Shown here piece by piece: positions 62,453 to 64,000 of a DNA stretch of 64,000 nt. The notes under the pieces are model-generated. The model worked only from the letters and a program-made list of their open reading frames with translations. It was not told the origin of the DNA and did no database searches. A program made the position numbers and the translations under genes. The DNA comes from a virus. How positions within the stretch are numbered: position 1 is the first letter of the stretch; every line of letters begins with the position of its first letter. The stretch lies in the IMG/VR virus record IMGVR_UViG_3300022173_000074, positions 1 to 64,000 of that record. One strand, 5' to 3'.

Positions 62453-64000
62453 TCAGTCTTTAATCCACACTCTGCAAACCGAAGCGCCTTCGCCCACGCC
62501 TAACGGAAAGTCGGGCGCCCAAGGCATCGGTTCTGTCATACACTCTTCGAGGATTTTCTTCACTTTGTCTGCATGATCCTCTTTGCAGATCGTCACGATT
62601 TCATCGTGGACGTGAAGTCGGATGCGAGCGACGTTGCGAGACACGCGGGCGCGGAAGCGGCGCATGCCTTCAGCCAGCACGTCGCGGCTTACAGCTTGGT
62701 CGGCGTTTTCAGTGATCTTGCCTGGATGCGTTTGAATCCGGCTCCAACGCTTTTTGTCGTCCAGCCCTTCGTAAGTAAGGTTTTCTTTTACCTTCGTGCG
62801 GCTGAGATTGACTTCCTTGCACAGATGGCGCGGCAGATACTTGCGCTTCACGTTGCACCAGTATTGCGTGCTCATAACGATCTGTGGACGGACATAGTGC
62901 AGCGCGCGGCCAGATGGCAGCAACATCCGAAGCATCGGGCCGCTGATGTCGAATCCGATCTCGCGCGCCCATGTTGGCTTGCCGGTGCGGACGCAAAGCT
63001 TGGCGGCCTTCTCGATCTCCCACCAGTATTCCACGGCATCCACGAACGTCTCGCGCCAGACTTTTACTGAGAGCTTGGCTTGTTCCAGAGTCAGGTTGAC
63101 GCCCATCGCGCGTCCATAGCCTAGCAGGCCTGTCGCCTCGATTTCGCCGGTCTGTTCATTCTCGTGCTCTTCTCCGGCACTCAGCATGTAGCCGCAGCCG
63201 AGCACGCCAGGCTTAGCGGTAGTCCGCTTGCTCTTGTCACCCTTGCTGCCGTCCGAAGGTTTGTATTCCTCCCACAATTCTTCGTACTCGCCGCCGAACA
63301 TATAAGTCGCGAAATCCACATACGGATCGCGGTCATTGCGGAAAACGTCCAAAATCTTTTCGTCGCCGGATAGCCAGCCCAGGCAGCGATTCTCGATTGC
63401 GTTTTCGTCGGCAGAGATCATCACATAGCCTTCTGGGGCTTGGATGGTCGGACGGATGCAGGTAGCGAGCATGTCCATCGGCTTGTCATAGATCAGCTTC
63501 AGCGCACGCGGCGAGAGCTTCTCTAGGTGGCGAACAGCTTGCTCTTGCTGATCTTCGAGCCACGGTGCAGGGCGCGACAAGTTCTGAGGCTGGATAAGAC
63601 GCCCTGACCAGCGCCACGTTCTCTGTGCGCCTGCAAATTGGAAACAGCCCTGGATGTTTCCATCGACTTGCGCGCGGCGCATAGCGTAATATTTATCAAC
63701 CGAGGTCTTGGATATTTCCTGACGGATTTCGAGAACTTCGCGGACATTGTCCGACATCTCTTTGTCTTCGGCGCCGCGCGCTACGTGGCCTTTCTTCAGA
63801 TCGGCGAAGCGGTATCCATTCTCACGCAGCCACTTCAAGAGCTGCGGATTGCTATTGACGTTCTCCACGCCGGTCAGGCGGCGCATGCGGGCCTTGCGGG
63901 CGGCGCGATAATCTTCCGTGAATTCGATAGCGTTCTCTACCACGGTCATATTGATCGGGATGCCGTCGCGATTGATCTCTTGATCGAGCGCCCACATCTG
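62453..64000 (-). CDS. DNA polymerase I family A (partial, N-terminus beyond window end)
   Basis: MISADENAIENRCL (motif A-like), KRTTAKPGVLGCGY (motif B-like), LHVHDEIV (motif C); reading frame open to window edge. Confidence 0.75.
   Translation of the reverse strand, partial: QMWALDQEINRDGIPINMTVVENAIEFTEDYRAARKARMRRLTGVENVNSNPQLLKWLRENGYRFADLKKGHVARGAEDKEMSDNVREVLEIRQEISKTSVDKYYAMRRAQVDGNIQGCFQFAGAQRTWRWSGRLIQPQNLSRPAPWLEDQQEQAVRHLEKLSPRALKLIYDKPMDMLATCIRPTIQAPEGYVMISADENAIENRCLGWLSGDEKILDVFRNDRDPYVDFATYMFGGEYEELWEEYKPSDGSKGDKSKRTTAKPGVLGCGYMLSAGEEHENEQTGEIEATGLLGYGRAMGVNLTLEQAKLSVKVWRETFVDAVEYWWEIEKAAKLCVRTGKPTWAREIGFDISGPMLRMLLPSGRALHYVRPQIVMSTQYWCNVKRKYLPRHLCKEVNLSRTKVKENLTYEGLDDKKRWSRIQTHPGKITENADQAVSRDVLAEGMRRFRARVSRNVARIRLHVHDEIVTICKEDHADKVKKILEECMTEPMPWAPDFPLGVGEGASVCRVWIKD

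Noticed and set aside
1-64000. tRNA genes or integrase/attachment site
   Set aside because: No cloverleaf-like intergenic segment or recombinase-like ORF was recognisable by eye. Lifestyle (temperate or virulent) cannot be decided from this window.

Overview
This 64-kb window reads as most of a high-GC, tailed dsDNA phage or prophage (siphovirus-like with a lambda-style head module). Early and auxiliary genes run on the + strand (bp 510-24015) and replication and late genes on the - strand (bp 24012-64000). The two arms converge with overlapping stop codons at 24012-24015. The + arm holds about 45 mostly small, tightly packed ORFs: an SPFH/prohibitin-like protein, a GapR/DUF2312-like protein (which suggests an alphaproteobacterial, Caulobacter-like host), two C5-cytosine methyltransferases (one unusually short), an MT-A70 N6-adenine methyltransferase, a ParB-like nuclease-domain protein, an HExxH metallopeptidase, MazG, a dATP/dGTP-pyrophosphohydrolase-like protein, a 622-aa protein with two HTH regions, and a SLOG/DUF2493 protein. 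The - arm holds a partial family-A DNA polymerase, a VRR-NUC nuclease, an SNF2-like helicase and a five-gene glycosyltransferase/SAM-methyltransferase/DUF115 cluster. It continues with terS, terL, a gpW-like protein, portal, an S49/ClpP-type protease-scaffold, a decoration-like protein and the major capsid protein. The tail genes follow: neck/connector proteins, major tail protein, chaperone, a 1298-aa tape measure, about 10 distal tail and fibre proteins (three sharing collagen-like Gly-X-Y tracts and CBM5/12-like repeats), then a GH19 endolysin and overlapping i/o-spanins. The most striking signal is the tetrapeptide D-S-N-S, usually preceded by D or E. It recurs more than 20 times in about 15 virion proteins, often at exposed termini, and is encoded by different synonymous codons. 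In the same genome this sits alongside the glycosyltransferase/methyltransferase/Maf-like cluster, so I propose it is a virion-protein modification sequon. Other non-coding signals are a four-copy iteron array (CCACC..GGGAAATCGGA) at 5716-5815, whose core recurs upstream of several + strand genes, and inverted/direct repeats in the leading 500 bp. No tRNA, CRISPR array or integrase was seen in the window.
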